Source: Firmicutes bacterium UBA5435 (lineage in GTDB: Bacteria > Bacillota > UBA5435). From it: a stretch of DNA of 64,000 nucleotides. A program made the translations under genes and the position numbers. Where the stretch lies: the NCBI GenBank assembly GCA_002426645.1, contig DIRN01000069.1, positions 12,469 to 76,468 of the forward strand, read 5' to 3'. The notes beneath the pieces were generated by a model that saw only the letters and a list, made by a program, of their open reading frames with translations, did no database searches and was not told the origin of the DNA. Numbering within the stretch: position 1 is the stretch's first letter; every line of letters starts with the position of its first letter. Below, one piece after another: positions 9,969-20,609 of this stretch.

Positions 9969-10455
9969 GTTTATATTCTACCTATGAGGGTTTGAAACCC
10001 ACACGGACACTCGCCCGCCCCTGACAGCATCACCGTTTATATTCTACCTATGAGGGTTTGAAACAAAATTGCTTCGTATCTTAAGTATAGCAAATCATAG
10101 TTTATATTCTACCTATGAGGGTTTGAAACTACCCCCTCTTACACACCTCCCGACTGAACTGTATTGTTTATATTCTACCTATGAGGGTTTGAAACTGACG
10201 TCATATGGAGCGCTATGATTTCGAGGCCAGGTTTATATTCTACCTATGAGGGTTTGAAACATCTAATAGGGAATGCTCTTCTTTTCGCAGTGGAGTTTAT
10301 ATTCTACCTATGAGGGTTTGAAACGGCGGAGATGCAACGCTACAAATTCCGCTACACATAGTTTATATTCTACCTATGAGGGTTTGAAACGCAGGCGCAG
10401 GCGGAGGGGTAATCATAGAAGCAATGTTTATATCCTACCTTGTATGGAAGGGCCG
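9969..10455 (+). CRISPR. CRISPR array: 8 x 30-bp repeat GTTTATATTCTACCTATGAGGGTTTGAAAC, 7 spacers (34-36 bp), last repeat degenerate
   Basis: Exact repeats at 9969, 10035, 10100, 10166, 10231, 10295 and 10361. Degenerate copy GTTTATATCCTACCTTGTATGGAAGGGCCG at 10426-10455. The GTTTGAAAC 3' end (8-nt handle) is typical of I-B repeats. Confidence 0.95.
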
Positions 10456-10849
10456 CGTCAAGACCCCTTGTTTAATAAACACGAAATTTAACGCATTTTC
10501 ATGGAATATCCTTTCGACAAGTATTATACACTACGGCGGCTCGCTTGCTCAGTAGGCGATTTAAGTTTGTATCATTCTTTGAGTAAAAGCCGTTAGACCC
10601 TATCAATATACTTATCTGTGTAAATGTTAATTTCTCGCCTTCGTTAGTATAGAATATAACAAGCAAAGACTTTCTTGTGAGATCGCCATTGCTAAAGTTT
10701 TAAGCTTGTTGAGTAAGAATCAAGAGGGCAGTTTCATTTTAACGGTGCTTATAAGCACCACAAAATAATGTATTTTTATGCGCGCAGAAGGATACCTCTT
10801 CCTATTATTGAAATATTATGTACCCAACTAGCGGGGATAAAATATTTCT

Positions 10850-10950
10850 TAACTGAAAAGGCACATTTGCAGAAATGTAGTGTCGCAAAGCCACGGGCCT
10901 AAAATGAGAGAGGGGGAACTTTCATCATGGTAGCCGGGTTATCAGGCTGA
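10850..10950 (+). promoter_or_regulatory. Putative c-di-GMP-I (GEMM) riboswitch aptamer
   Basis: Two-hairpin architecture. Hairpin 1 is GGC(10860)-ACAU-UUGCA-GAAA(10872-5)-UGUAG-UGUCGCAAA-GCC(10892), carrying the conserved CGCAAAGCC junction and a GNRA tetraloop. Hairpin 2 is flanked by a tetraloop-receptor-like CCUAAA (10898-10903) and CAUGG (10926-10930), followed by GGUAGCCGGGUUAUCAGG. The primary sequence is close to the Vc2 GEMM-I aptamer. Confidence 0.55.
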
Positions 10951-11058
10951 GAGGAGCATGGATTTTAAGGGTCTTTTGGAGTATAATTTTGAGATTGAGT
11001 TTTGCGATCTTTTTGAAGTATTTGCAGCTTTGTGCCTTCAAGAAGGAGGCAATTATCA

Positions 11059-11385
11059 ATGAAGAATTCAAAGTTTATTAAAAAAGCTAGTGATATGATA
11101 AGGATAAAAAATATTACGAAGTTCCACAAACGCTTAATGGCTTTAGAAGAAGAGAAAAGTAGACTCCATAAAGGAATAGCAGTAATTGATGAAAGTTATG
11201 AGAAATGCGAAAAATACATGGCGCAAAATAGTAAGAAAAATTCTGAAGTGCCAGTAGATATTATGTTGTTATCACGAATAAGAAGCTTAGAAAAGAAGAA
11301 GAAAGACAAATTAGATAGGTTGGTTCAGGTAGAGAAAGAAATAGTGGCTATAAAGAGAAATATTAAAAACAGTACAATAGATTGA
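11059..11385 (+). CDS. Small basic coiled-coil protein of unknown function (108 aa)
   Basis: ATG 11059 with a perfect RBS AGAAGGAGG 9 nt upstream (the track ORF starts at GTG 11032). Lys/Glu-rich heptad-like sequence. Only ORF between the riboswitch and rpsB. Confidence 0.55.
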   Translation: MKNSKFIKKASDMIRIKNITKFHKRLMALEEEKSRLHKGIAVIDESYEKCEKYMAQNSKKNSEVPVDIMLLSRIRSLEKKKKDKLDRLVQVEKEIVAIKRNIKNSTID

Positions 11386-11431
11386 GCTATCGATAAGAAA
11401 AGATAATTAAAAATTCGTTTGAGTTCATCTA

Positions 11432-11460
11432 TTGATTGAAGTTGCAAATTGTGGTATACT
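11432..11460 (+). promoter_or_regulatory. sigmaA-type promoter of rpsB (TTGATT-17-TGgTATACT, extended -10)
   Basis: -35 TTGATT 11432-37, 17-nt spacer, TG at 11452-53, -10 TATACT 11455-60. Lies about 120 nt upstream of rpsB. Confidence 0.5.
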
Positions 11461-11579
11461 ACAAAAGAGTGCTATAACACACGGTCCCAGATCATTAGAG
11501 GGGTGCCTCTGAAAAGTTAGAGGTTCTCTGATGGAATGAAGGGTCCGGAGGATTAACCATGGAGGGAGGTGGCGAGGAA

Positions 11580-12374
11580 ATGGCCGTTATATCTATGAAA
11601 CAACTTCTAGAGGCAGGAGTTCACTTTGGACATCAGACGCGTCGTTGGAATCCTAAGATGGCACCATATATCTTTACTGAACGTAATGGGATATATATAA
11701 TAGATCTCCAACAAACTGTGCGCAAGATTGAAGAGGCCTATACCTTCGTCAAAGAGACTGTTCAAGAAGGCGGAAACATCCTCTTTGTAGGTACAAAGAA
11801 ACAGGCCCAAGAATGTGTTCAAGAAGAAGCCATTCGTTGCGGAATGTTCTATGTCAATGTGCGTTGGCTCGGTGGTATGCTTACTAACTATAAGACCATA
11901 AGAAGCCGTATTGAGAGGTTAGGGCAGATCGAGCGGATGGAAGAGGATGGTATCTTCAAGGTTTTACCAAAAAAAGAGGTTCTTCAACTCACTAAAGAAA
12001 AAGAAAAGCTGTCAAAGTATTTTGACGGAATACGTGATATGAAGAAACTGCCTTCAGCTATATTCATAGTAGATCCAAGGAAAGAGCGGATCGCTGTAGC
12101 TGAGGCTAGAACACTAGGTATCCCTATAATCGCTATTGTGGATACTAACTGCGATCCTGAAGAAATAGACTATGTCATACCCGGTAATGATGATGCTATT
12201 AGAGCCGTAAGATTATTAACTGGGAAGATAGCTGATGCAGTCTTAGAAGCTCGAGAGGGCCAGCAGGATGTTGCTGAACAAGAGGATTCGGCTGAAGCTA
12301 CTGACGTTGTAGAAGAAGATAATGATATTCAGGAAGATGAAGTAGCTGAGAACGAAGAAGATGGTGAAGTATAA
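11580..12374 (+). CDS. rpsB: 30S ribosomal protein S2
   Basis: [27 protein letters not shown]... is the canonical S2 N-terminus. Acidic C-terminal tail. Start ATG 11580 (GGAGGGAGG upstream); the track ORF starts at 11559. Confidence 0.95.
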   Translation: MAVISMKQLLEAGVHFGHQTRRWNPKMAPYIFTERNGIYIIDLQQTVRKIEEAYTFVKETVQEGGNILFVGTKKQAQECVQEEAIRCGMFYVNVRWLGGMLTNYKTIRSRIERLGQIERMEEDGIFKVLPKKEVLQLTKEKEKLSKYFDGIRDMKKLPSAIFIVDPRKERIAVAEARTLGIPIIAIVDTNCDPEEIDYVIPGNDDAIRAVRLLTGKIADAVLEAREGQQDVAEQEDSAEATDVVEEDNDIQEDEVAENEEDGEV

Positions 12375-12497
12375 TCTGTTTTAAAGTTTAGTAAAATAGA
12401 GGAGTGCCTGTATGCTTTGGCAGGCACTCCCTAAGTTGAGTGACACGTAAGGAGGGATACTACCGTTTACCGTGAAGACGGGCATACGGTTAAGTCT

Positions 12498-14453
<1,956 letters not shown>

Positions 14454-14480
14454 GTTTTTTAAGCACTGGAGAAGGCAGCG

Positions 14481-15263
14481 GTGATCCTTATGATTTTAAA
14501 ATGGTTAAATCGTTACAGGAACCGGAATGGCTCTAAGGATAGAAAATGTCCTTCTGAACTAAGATTGCCAGAACACGTGGCGATAATAATGGATGGGAAT
14601 GGTCGCTGGGCCCAGGCAAGAGGATTACCTCGTCAGGCGGGACATCGCGCGGGCATGGAAAACCTTCGCGATATAATAGAGAGTTGTAGTGAATTTGGGA
14701 TAAAAGTGTTGACACTTTTCGCCTTCTCTACTGAGAATTGGGACCGACCAGCTGACGAAGTTAATGCTCTAATTAACCTTTTAGATAAATCTTTAGCAAA
14801 CGAAATACGTGAGATGCATAAGAATAATATTAAAGTTATATTCACTGGACGCCTTTTGGGGTTTCCAAAGAGCCTTCAGAAAAAGCTGGAGGAAGGAATG
14901 AAACTAACTAGTGCGAATAGTTCTATGTTAGTAAATGTGGCTTTAAATTATGGAGCTAGGATAGAGATGGTGGATGCCGTACGGAGTATAGCTGAGAAAG
15001 TTGAAAAAAAAGAGCTTAGGCCCTCTCAGATTAACGAGGAGATCATCGAAGCACATCTTTACACAGCTGGTTTACCAGATCCAGATCTTCTAATACGAAC
15101 TGGTGGAGAGATGCGGGTAAGCAATTTTTTATTATGGCAGATAGCATATACTGAATTATGGATTACTCCAAAATACTGGCCAAGTTTTCAGAGAGAAGAT
15201 CTCTTAGAGGCCATTCATGCGTATTCGAAACGGCAAAGGAGGTTTGGCCGGGTAAGTACTTGA
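14481..15263 (+). CDS. uppS: Undecaprenyl-diphosphate synthase (cis-prenyltransferase)
   Basis: HVAIIMDGNGRWA active-site motif. 260 aa. Confidence 0.9.
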   Translation: MILMILKWLNRYRNRNGSKDRKCPSELRLPEHVAIIMDGNGRWAQARGLPRQAGHRAGMENLRDIIESCSEFGIKVLTLFAFSTENWDRPADEVNALINLLDKSLANEIREMHKNNIKVIFTGRLLGFPKSLQKKLEEGMKLTSANSSMLVNVALNYGARIEMVDAVRSIAEKVEKKELRPSQINEEIIEAHLYTAGLPDPDLLIRTGGEMRVSNFLLWQIAYTELWITPKYWPSFQREDLLEAIHAYSKRQRRFGRVST

Positions 15264-15268
15264 GCTAG

Positions 15269-16111
15269 TTGAAGCAGGTGGTCTTTTTGCTTATATTGAG
15301 AATTTTAACTGCGCTGATTGGGATTCCCGTTATAATTTTGGCGATTTGGTTAGGAAAAACTTCATTTGCTATTGTGGTCTCTATCCTTGTAGTAATAGGG
15401 GCATTAGAATTTTCTGACTTCGTAAAGAAGAAGGGAATAGTACATGGGAGAGGTAAGGTAGTTGCAACTGCCTTTGCTTTTCCTTTACTAGCCTTTTTTA
15501 ACCTCTTTGAGACTGTCATTCCTTTTGCTCTAACTATTTTAATACTTTACAATTTGCTTTTAAGGCTCTTTTCGGGCAAGGTGAAGGATTCCATCCTTTA
15601 TACTTCTGTTGGACTCCTAATTCCCCTTTATACTGGCTTTCTCCCCAGCCACCTTATACTTATAAGGGACATGGAAGGCGCTATGGGCCTTTATTTTTCT
15701 TTAATTACCTTTATGATAGCATGGTCAAATGATACTGCCGCTTACTTTGTAGGAACGAATTTCGGCAAGAGGAAACTTTGTCCAAGCGTAAGTCCAAAGA
15801 AGACTTTTGAAGGCGCTTTTGGGGGGCTAATCGGGGTTATTGTAGTAATATTTATAATGGATTTCATAATGATGAATCAATTTGGGATAACTGTATCTTT
15901 TTCAAAGTGGCATCTCTTCTTTATATCCATAATTGCCAGTCTTGCTGCTACATTTGGAGACTTAGTTGAATCTATGTTAAAGAGAGATGCAAATCTAAAG
16001 GATTCTGGAAATATAATACCAGGGCATGGTGGTGTACTCGATAGGTTTGATAGTGTCTTTTTTGTCGCTCCTATTGTGTATTATTATATAAAGTTTCTTG
16101 TAGGGCTTTAA
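15269..16111 (+). CDS. cdsA: Phosphatidate cytidylyltransferase
   Basis: Polytopic membrane protein with the C-terminal CDS signature (..KRDANLKDSGNIIPGHGGVLDRFDS..). Confidence 0.85.
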   Translation: MKQVVFLLILRILTALIGIPVIILAIWLGKTSFAIVVSILVVIGALEFSDFVKKKGIVHGRGKVVATAFAFPLLAFFNLFETVIPFALTILILYNLLLRLFSGKVKDSILYTSVGLLIPLYTGFLPSHLILIRDMEGAMGLYFSLITFMIAWSNDTAAYFVGTNFGKRKLCPSVSPKKTFEGAFGGLIGVIVVIFIMDFIMMNQFGITVSFSKWHLFFISIIASLAATFGDLVESMLKRDANLKDSGNIIPGHGGVLDRFDSVFFVAPIVYYYIKFLVGL

Positions 16112-16164
16112 TCTCTTAGAAGGGTTGGTAATTTCATGGTTTTAATATGGAGGGTAGATTACTG

Positions 16165-17214
16165 ATGATTAATAAAAAAATATGGTCACAGTATTCTGGT
16201 ATACTCTATTTAATAATACTAATAGTAGGGTCCCTTCTTTTAGTGAAATTCATCTTACCATATTTTACACCCTTTGTAATCGCTCTACTTATAGCCTGTC
16301 TTATAGATCCCATTGTAGATTTTATCGAAAATAGAACTAAACTTTCTCGTGGAATTGCTGTATTTCTTGTCCTTGGAGTTCTTCTTGTAATAGGTACTGT
16401 TCTTTTAACTATAGGCATAGCTAGGATCGTAAAGGAATTAGAGGATTTAGCTATGGCTTTACCGAAGTATGATAACATTATGAGAGGACTTATAATGGAC
16501 TTGATCAATAAGTTTGTAGAGATGTATACGGATGATACTGCTCCAGTTATGGCCATAATTCAGGATAACGTAGACAAAATATATGATACTCTTCGCCTAG
16601 CAGTTAATACTATTATGGGTATGCTTAAGTTTATCCCTGCACTCCTTGTTATACTTATAATAAGTTTTATTGCTACATACTTTATTAGTAGAGATAAGGA
16701 AATCATTGTTCAAAGCCTGTTGAACCTCGCTCCAAAAGAATGGAGACGAAAAGCTCTCATAATGAAGAGTCAAGTTGTCAAAGATACTATGGGGTTCATC
16801 AGAGCACAGTTTATCCTTACCACTATTAATACATTAATAGCTATAATAGGTCTAAAATTGATAGGAGTACGATTCTTTTTTGTCCTTGGGATAATAATAG
16901 GTTTACTTGATTTTATACCAACCATAGGACCAGGATTAATATTCGTACCATGGGCGATCTTTGATTTTCTTATGGATAAAGCAGGAGAGGGTATATATAT
17001 CCTAATTCTCTATGGAGTGATACTTCTTGTTCGCCAAGCATTTCAAGCTGTTATTTTAGGAGAAAATATTGGGGTTCATCCGTTATTAGCTTTAATTTCT
17101 ATATATATAGGTATAAAAGTCTTTGGAGTGGTAGGTTGTATTATAGGTCCTCTGGTAGCTGTAGTTTTAAAGGCGGTCATAGGAGGAACCTTACCATCTC
17201 TTATACAGAAATAA
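16165..17214 (+). CDS. AI-2E family transporter (UPF0118/PerM/YtvI-like permease)
   Basis: About 350-aa polytopic membrane protein with the AI-2E topology and a Gly-rich C-terminal TM region. Start ATG 16165 (GGAGGG 10 nt upstream); the track ORF starts at 16147. Confidence 0.6.
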   Translation: MINKKIWSQYSGILYLIILIVGSLLLVKFILPYFTPFVIALLIACLIDPIVDFIENRTKLSRGIAVFLVLGVLLVIGTVLLTIGIARIVKELEDLAMALPKYDNIMRGLIMDLINKFVEMYTDDTAPVMAIIQDNVDKIYDTLRLAVNTIMGMLKFIPALLVILIISFIATYFISRDKEIIVQSLLNLAPKEWRRKALIMKSQVVKDTMGFIRAQFILTTINTLIAIIGLKLIGVRFFFVLGIIIGLLDFIPTIGPGLIFVPWAIFDFLMDKAGEGIYILILYGVILLVRQAFQAVILGENIGVHPLLALISIYIGIKVFGVVGCIIGPLVAVVLKAVIGGTLPSLIQK

Positions 17215-17234
17215 TTTTTAGGCAGGTCTTTTGA

Positions 17235-18422
17235 ATGAACAATATAACTAATTACTATAGTAAAAAGCGTCTTAGTATAATAGGGTCAACTGGCTCTCTT
17301 GGAACTCAGACATTAAATGTAGTTCGACGTTATTCGGATAGATTTCAGGTGGTGGCCCTTGCGGCGGGAAAGAATACTGAGCTTCTCTTAGAGCAGGCAC
17401 GTGAATTTAAACCGTTGGTGGTCAGCATTACCGATGAATCTAAAATACCCTTACTAAAAAATGAACTTGAAAGTTCCGGGATAAAGATAGTAGGAGGAAA
17501 CAACGGCCTTAGAGAGGTTGCTGCACTTCCAGATGCTGACATGTTAGTGAATTTAGTGGTAGGTGCAGTAGGACTTCTACCTACTTTAGACGCTATCTCT
17601 GAGGGAAAAGAAATTGCTTTGGCAAATAAAGAAACGTTAGTTGCAGGGGGGGCTATAGTAACCCGAGCTGCTAAGGAAAAGGGCATAGATATTATACCAA
17701 TAGATAGCGAGCATTCTGCTATTTTTCAGTGCCTTCAAGGAGGAAGAGAATCGCTCAAGAGAATAATTCTTACCGCATCTGGTGGTCCCTTTCGCCAGGC
17801 TTCCCTAGAGGAGTTGGAGAAGGTGACTCCGCAGGAAGCTTTGCGCCATCCTAATTGGAGTATGGGCGGGAAGATCACAGTTGATTCAGCTACCCTTATG
17901 AACAAGGGCTTAGAGGTCATTGAAGCAATGTGGCTTTTTGGGGTTGAGTTATCCCAGATTGATGTGGTTGTTCATCCTCAGAGTATAATACACTCAATGG
18001 TAGAGTTTGATGATGGGGCTCTCCTAGCTCAAATGGGAGTTCCTAGTATGTTAGTACCTATTCAGTATGCACTTACATATCCAGAAAGGCTTGATTCTGG
18101 TGCGGAAAGGGTTGATTTCGCTACTTTAAAAACTCTAACCTTTGAAGAGCCAGATATGGTAAGATTCCCCGCTTTAAAACTTGCATACCAAGCCTGTAAA
18201 ACTGGTGGAACTATGCCGACAGCCATGAACGCTGCTAACGAGATAGCAGTGGTTTCTTTCCTTTCAGGAAAGACAAAATTTATAGACATCCCGAGAATTA
18301 TAGAGAAGGTCATGGAAAGGCATAATAACATAGTAGATCCATCCCTCGATGATATAATGTTCGTAGACGCCTGGGCGAGGGAGCAGACTCGCCGTTTTAT
18401 AAAAATGGCGAAAGGTTGGTGA
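17235..18422 (+). CDS. dxr: 1-deoxy-D-xylulose-5-phosphate reductoisomerase
   Basis: IIGSTGSLGTQTLNVV NADPH-binding N-terminus. 395 aa. Confidence 0.9.
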   Translation: MNNITNYYSKKRLSIIGSTGSLGTQTLNVVRRYSDRFQVVALAAGKNTELLLEQAREFKPLVVSITDESKIPLLKNELESSGIKIVGGNNGLREVAALPDADMLVNLVVGAVGLLPTLDAISEGKEIALANKETLVAGGAIVTRAAKEKGIDIIPIDSEHSAIFQCLQGGRESLKRIILTASGGPFRQASLEELEKVTPQEALRHPNWSMGGKITVDSATLMNKGLEVIEAMWLFGVELSQIDVVVHPQSIIHSMVEFDDGALLAQMGVPSMLVPIQYALTYPERLDSGAERVDFATLKTLTFEEPDMVRFPALKLAYQACKTGGTMPTAMNAANEIAVVSFLSGKTKFIDIPRIIEKVMERHNNIVDPSLDDIMFVDAWAREQTRRFIKMAKGW

Positions 18423-19474
18423 CTAATTTGACGACTTTTATAGCGTTTCTTGTTGTCTTTAGTATTCTTGTGTTTTTTCATGAGTTTGGACATTTCATCG
18501 CTGCAAAGAGCGTAGGCATAAAGGTGGAAGAGTTTGCTTTAGGATATGGTCCGAAATTATTTGGGTTTTACATTGGTGAGACTTTTTATGCTCTTCGGGT
18601 CCTTCCACTAGGAGGGTTTTGTAAGATGGCGGGTGAAGAGATGGAGCCTGGGTCTGGTGAGATGGCATATGAGATAGAAGGGGTAGACCCTGAAAGGCTT
18701 TTTATGAATAAACCTGTACTTGCTAGGATGTTTACAGTAGCTGCAGGACCTTTTCTCAATTTCATCCTTGCTGCCATCCTCTTTGTTTTAGTCTTTCATA
18801 CGGCTGGCGTTCCTACTGTAGTAGTGCATGATGTTCTTCAAGACTGGCCAGCAGAAGAGGCGGGCATTAGACAGAACGACGAAATTATAGCTATAAACGG
18901 TAAGGGACCCAGCTTCGAGGAGATCCTCATGAACATAAACGCTAATGCTGGTAATCCTATTGATGTTACTATATTAAGAGACGGAAAAGAGATGACTATA
19001 AGGGCAGTACCTAGATACAATCCAGAGGTGCAAGGGGGGCAACTCGGAATAAGTCTTACCTACACTTACATTAAAAAAGGATTTTTAAGGGCATTGCGTA
19101 CAGGAATAGATTTCACTATCAGTACTAGTAGGACTGTGCTTGTAGGAATATGGCAGATGATTGCTGGTAGGATAAAGGCTGATGTAGCAGGACCCGTAGG
19201 GCTCGTTCAAATGGTGGGCACTACTGCACAATATGGTATTCTTTCTCTTATCTTCTTTACTGCACGGCTTAGCGTAAATTTAGGACTTTTAAATCTCTTT
19301 CCTATACCTATATTGGATGGAGGTTGGATACTATTTTTTGCCATTGAGGGTCTTAGAGGTCGTCCCATTGATGCGCAGTATCGAAGTTTTGCTCAATTGG
19401 TAGGAATAGCTCTTCTACTGCTCTTAATGGTATTTGCAACATATAGAGATATTACAAGATTATCCTCTTTATGA
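18416..19474 (+). CDS. rseP: RIP zinc metalloprotease RseP (site-2 protease, with PDZ domain)
   Basis: HEFGHF (HExxH) in TM1, a PDZ segment, and LDGG near the C-terminus. Confidence 0.9.
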   Translation: MVTNLTTFIAFLVVFSILVFFHEFGHFIAAKSVGIKVEEFALGYGPKLFGFYIGETFYALRVLPLGGFCKMAGEEMEPGSGEMAYEIEGVDPERLFMNKPVLARMFTVAAGPFLNFILAAILFVLVFHTAGVPTVVVHDVLQDWPAEEAGIRQNDEIIAINGKGPSFEEILMNINANAGNPIDVTILRDGKEMTIRAVPRYNPEVQGGQLGISLTYTYIKKGFLRALRTGIDFTISTSRTVLVGIWQMIAGRIKADVAGPVGLVQMVGTTAQYGILSLIFFTARLSVNLGLLNLFPIPILDGGWILFFAIEGLRGRPIDAQYRSFAQLVGIALLLLLMVFATYRDITRLSSL

Positions 19475-19495
19475 GGTAAGCCTAATGGGGGGTGT

Positions 19496-20560
19496 ATGTC
19501 TTTGGCGTCGATAAAGAGGCGTCATACTAGAGCGGTTAGGGTTGGAAACCTAACCATCGGTGGGGATGCAATGATCTCAATTCAGTCGATGACTAAGACT
19601 GATACGCGAGATGTGGACGCTACAGTTAATCAAATAGAAGAACTTGCCCGTGCTGGCTGCGATATAGTAAGAGTTGCGGTGTCAGATATGGAGGCTGCAG
19701 AGGCCTTTGGCAAGATACGGGAGAGAAGCTCATTGCCTTTAGTAGCCGATATCCACTTTGATTATCGGCTTGCTCTTAAGGTAATAGAGTTAGGAGCAGA
19801 TAAATTAAGAATAAATCCAGGTAATATTGGTTCCAAGGAGCGAATACGGAAGCTAGTTGAAGCTGCTGCAGCGCGGAACGTACCAATACGAATAGGTGTA
19901 AACGCTGGTTCTCTAGAGAAGCGCCTCTTGGAGAAGTATAGAGGCCCTACAGCTGAAGCTATGATTGAAAGCGCTGCAGATAATGTAAGACTCCTTGAAG
20001 ATCTGGATTTTTTTGATATTGTTGTTTCTCTTAAGGCCTTCGATGTATTAACTACTCTAAAGGCGTATCAGATTTTCTCTGACGAATTCGATTACCCCCT
20101 TCATGTTGGTATTACTGAAGCTGGGACACTTGAAACTGGTGCAATAAGATCCTCTGTCGGAATAGGCGCTATTCTTCTAAATGGTATTGGTGATACGATT
20201 AGGGTATCATTGACAGGACCTCCATCTAAAGAGGTAGATGTAGGGTATGAGATACTTCGTTCATTAAATCTACGCCAACGTGGCCCTACAATAGTCTCCT
20301 GTCCTACATGTGGTAGGTGTGAGATGAATATACCTCAGATTGCCCAAATAGTAACTGAAAAGACTCGACATATAGAAAAGCCCATTAAGATCGCTATAAT
20401 GGGCTGTGTGGTAAATGGTCCTGGTGAAGCTAAAGATGCTGATATAGGGATAGCTGGGGGAAGGGGTGTTGCCCTTCTATTTAAAGCTGGAGAACCTATA
20501 CGTAAGATTAGAGAAGAGAATGTGGTAGAGGAATTGCTTGCAGAGATAGAGGCACTATAG
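19496..20560 (+). CDS. ispG: 4-hydroxy-3-methylbut-2-enyl diphosphate synthase (GcpE)
   Basis: 354-aa IspG with C-terminal Cys motifs (CPTCGRC...GC). MEP-pathway neighbour of dxr. Confidence 0.9.
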   Translation: MSLASIKRRHTRAVRVGNLTIGGDAMISIQSMTKTDTRDVDATVNQIEELARAGCDIVRVAVSDMEAAEAFGKIRERSSLPLVADIHFDYRLALKVIELGADKLRINPGNIGSKERIRKLVEAAAARNVPIRIGVNAGSLEKRLLEKYRGPTAEAMIESAADNVRLLEDLDFFDIVVSLKAFDVLTTLKAYQIFSDEFDYPLHVGITEAGTLETGAIRSSVGIGAILLNGIGDTIRVSLTGPPSKEVDVGYEILRSLNLRQRGPTIVSCPTCGRCEMNIPQIAQIVTEKTRHIEKPIKIAIMGCVVNGPGEAKDADIGIAGGRGVALLFKAGEPIRKIREENVVEELLAEIEAL

Positions 20561-20609
20561 CAAGATTTCTGAGTGCGAGCTTATAAGGAATTAAAGGAGC
20601 GTGGTTTTG

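Noticed and set aside
10273-10491. 72-aa + strand ORF (..STYEGLKRRR.. repeated)
   Set aside because: It lies entirely inside the CRISPR array. The repeated peptide is just the translated repeat unit.
10501-10590. 29-codon ORF starting ATG 10501 after the array
   Set aside because: No SD and no conservation signal. The region is better explained as non-coding (palindrome plus riboswitch).
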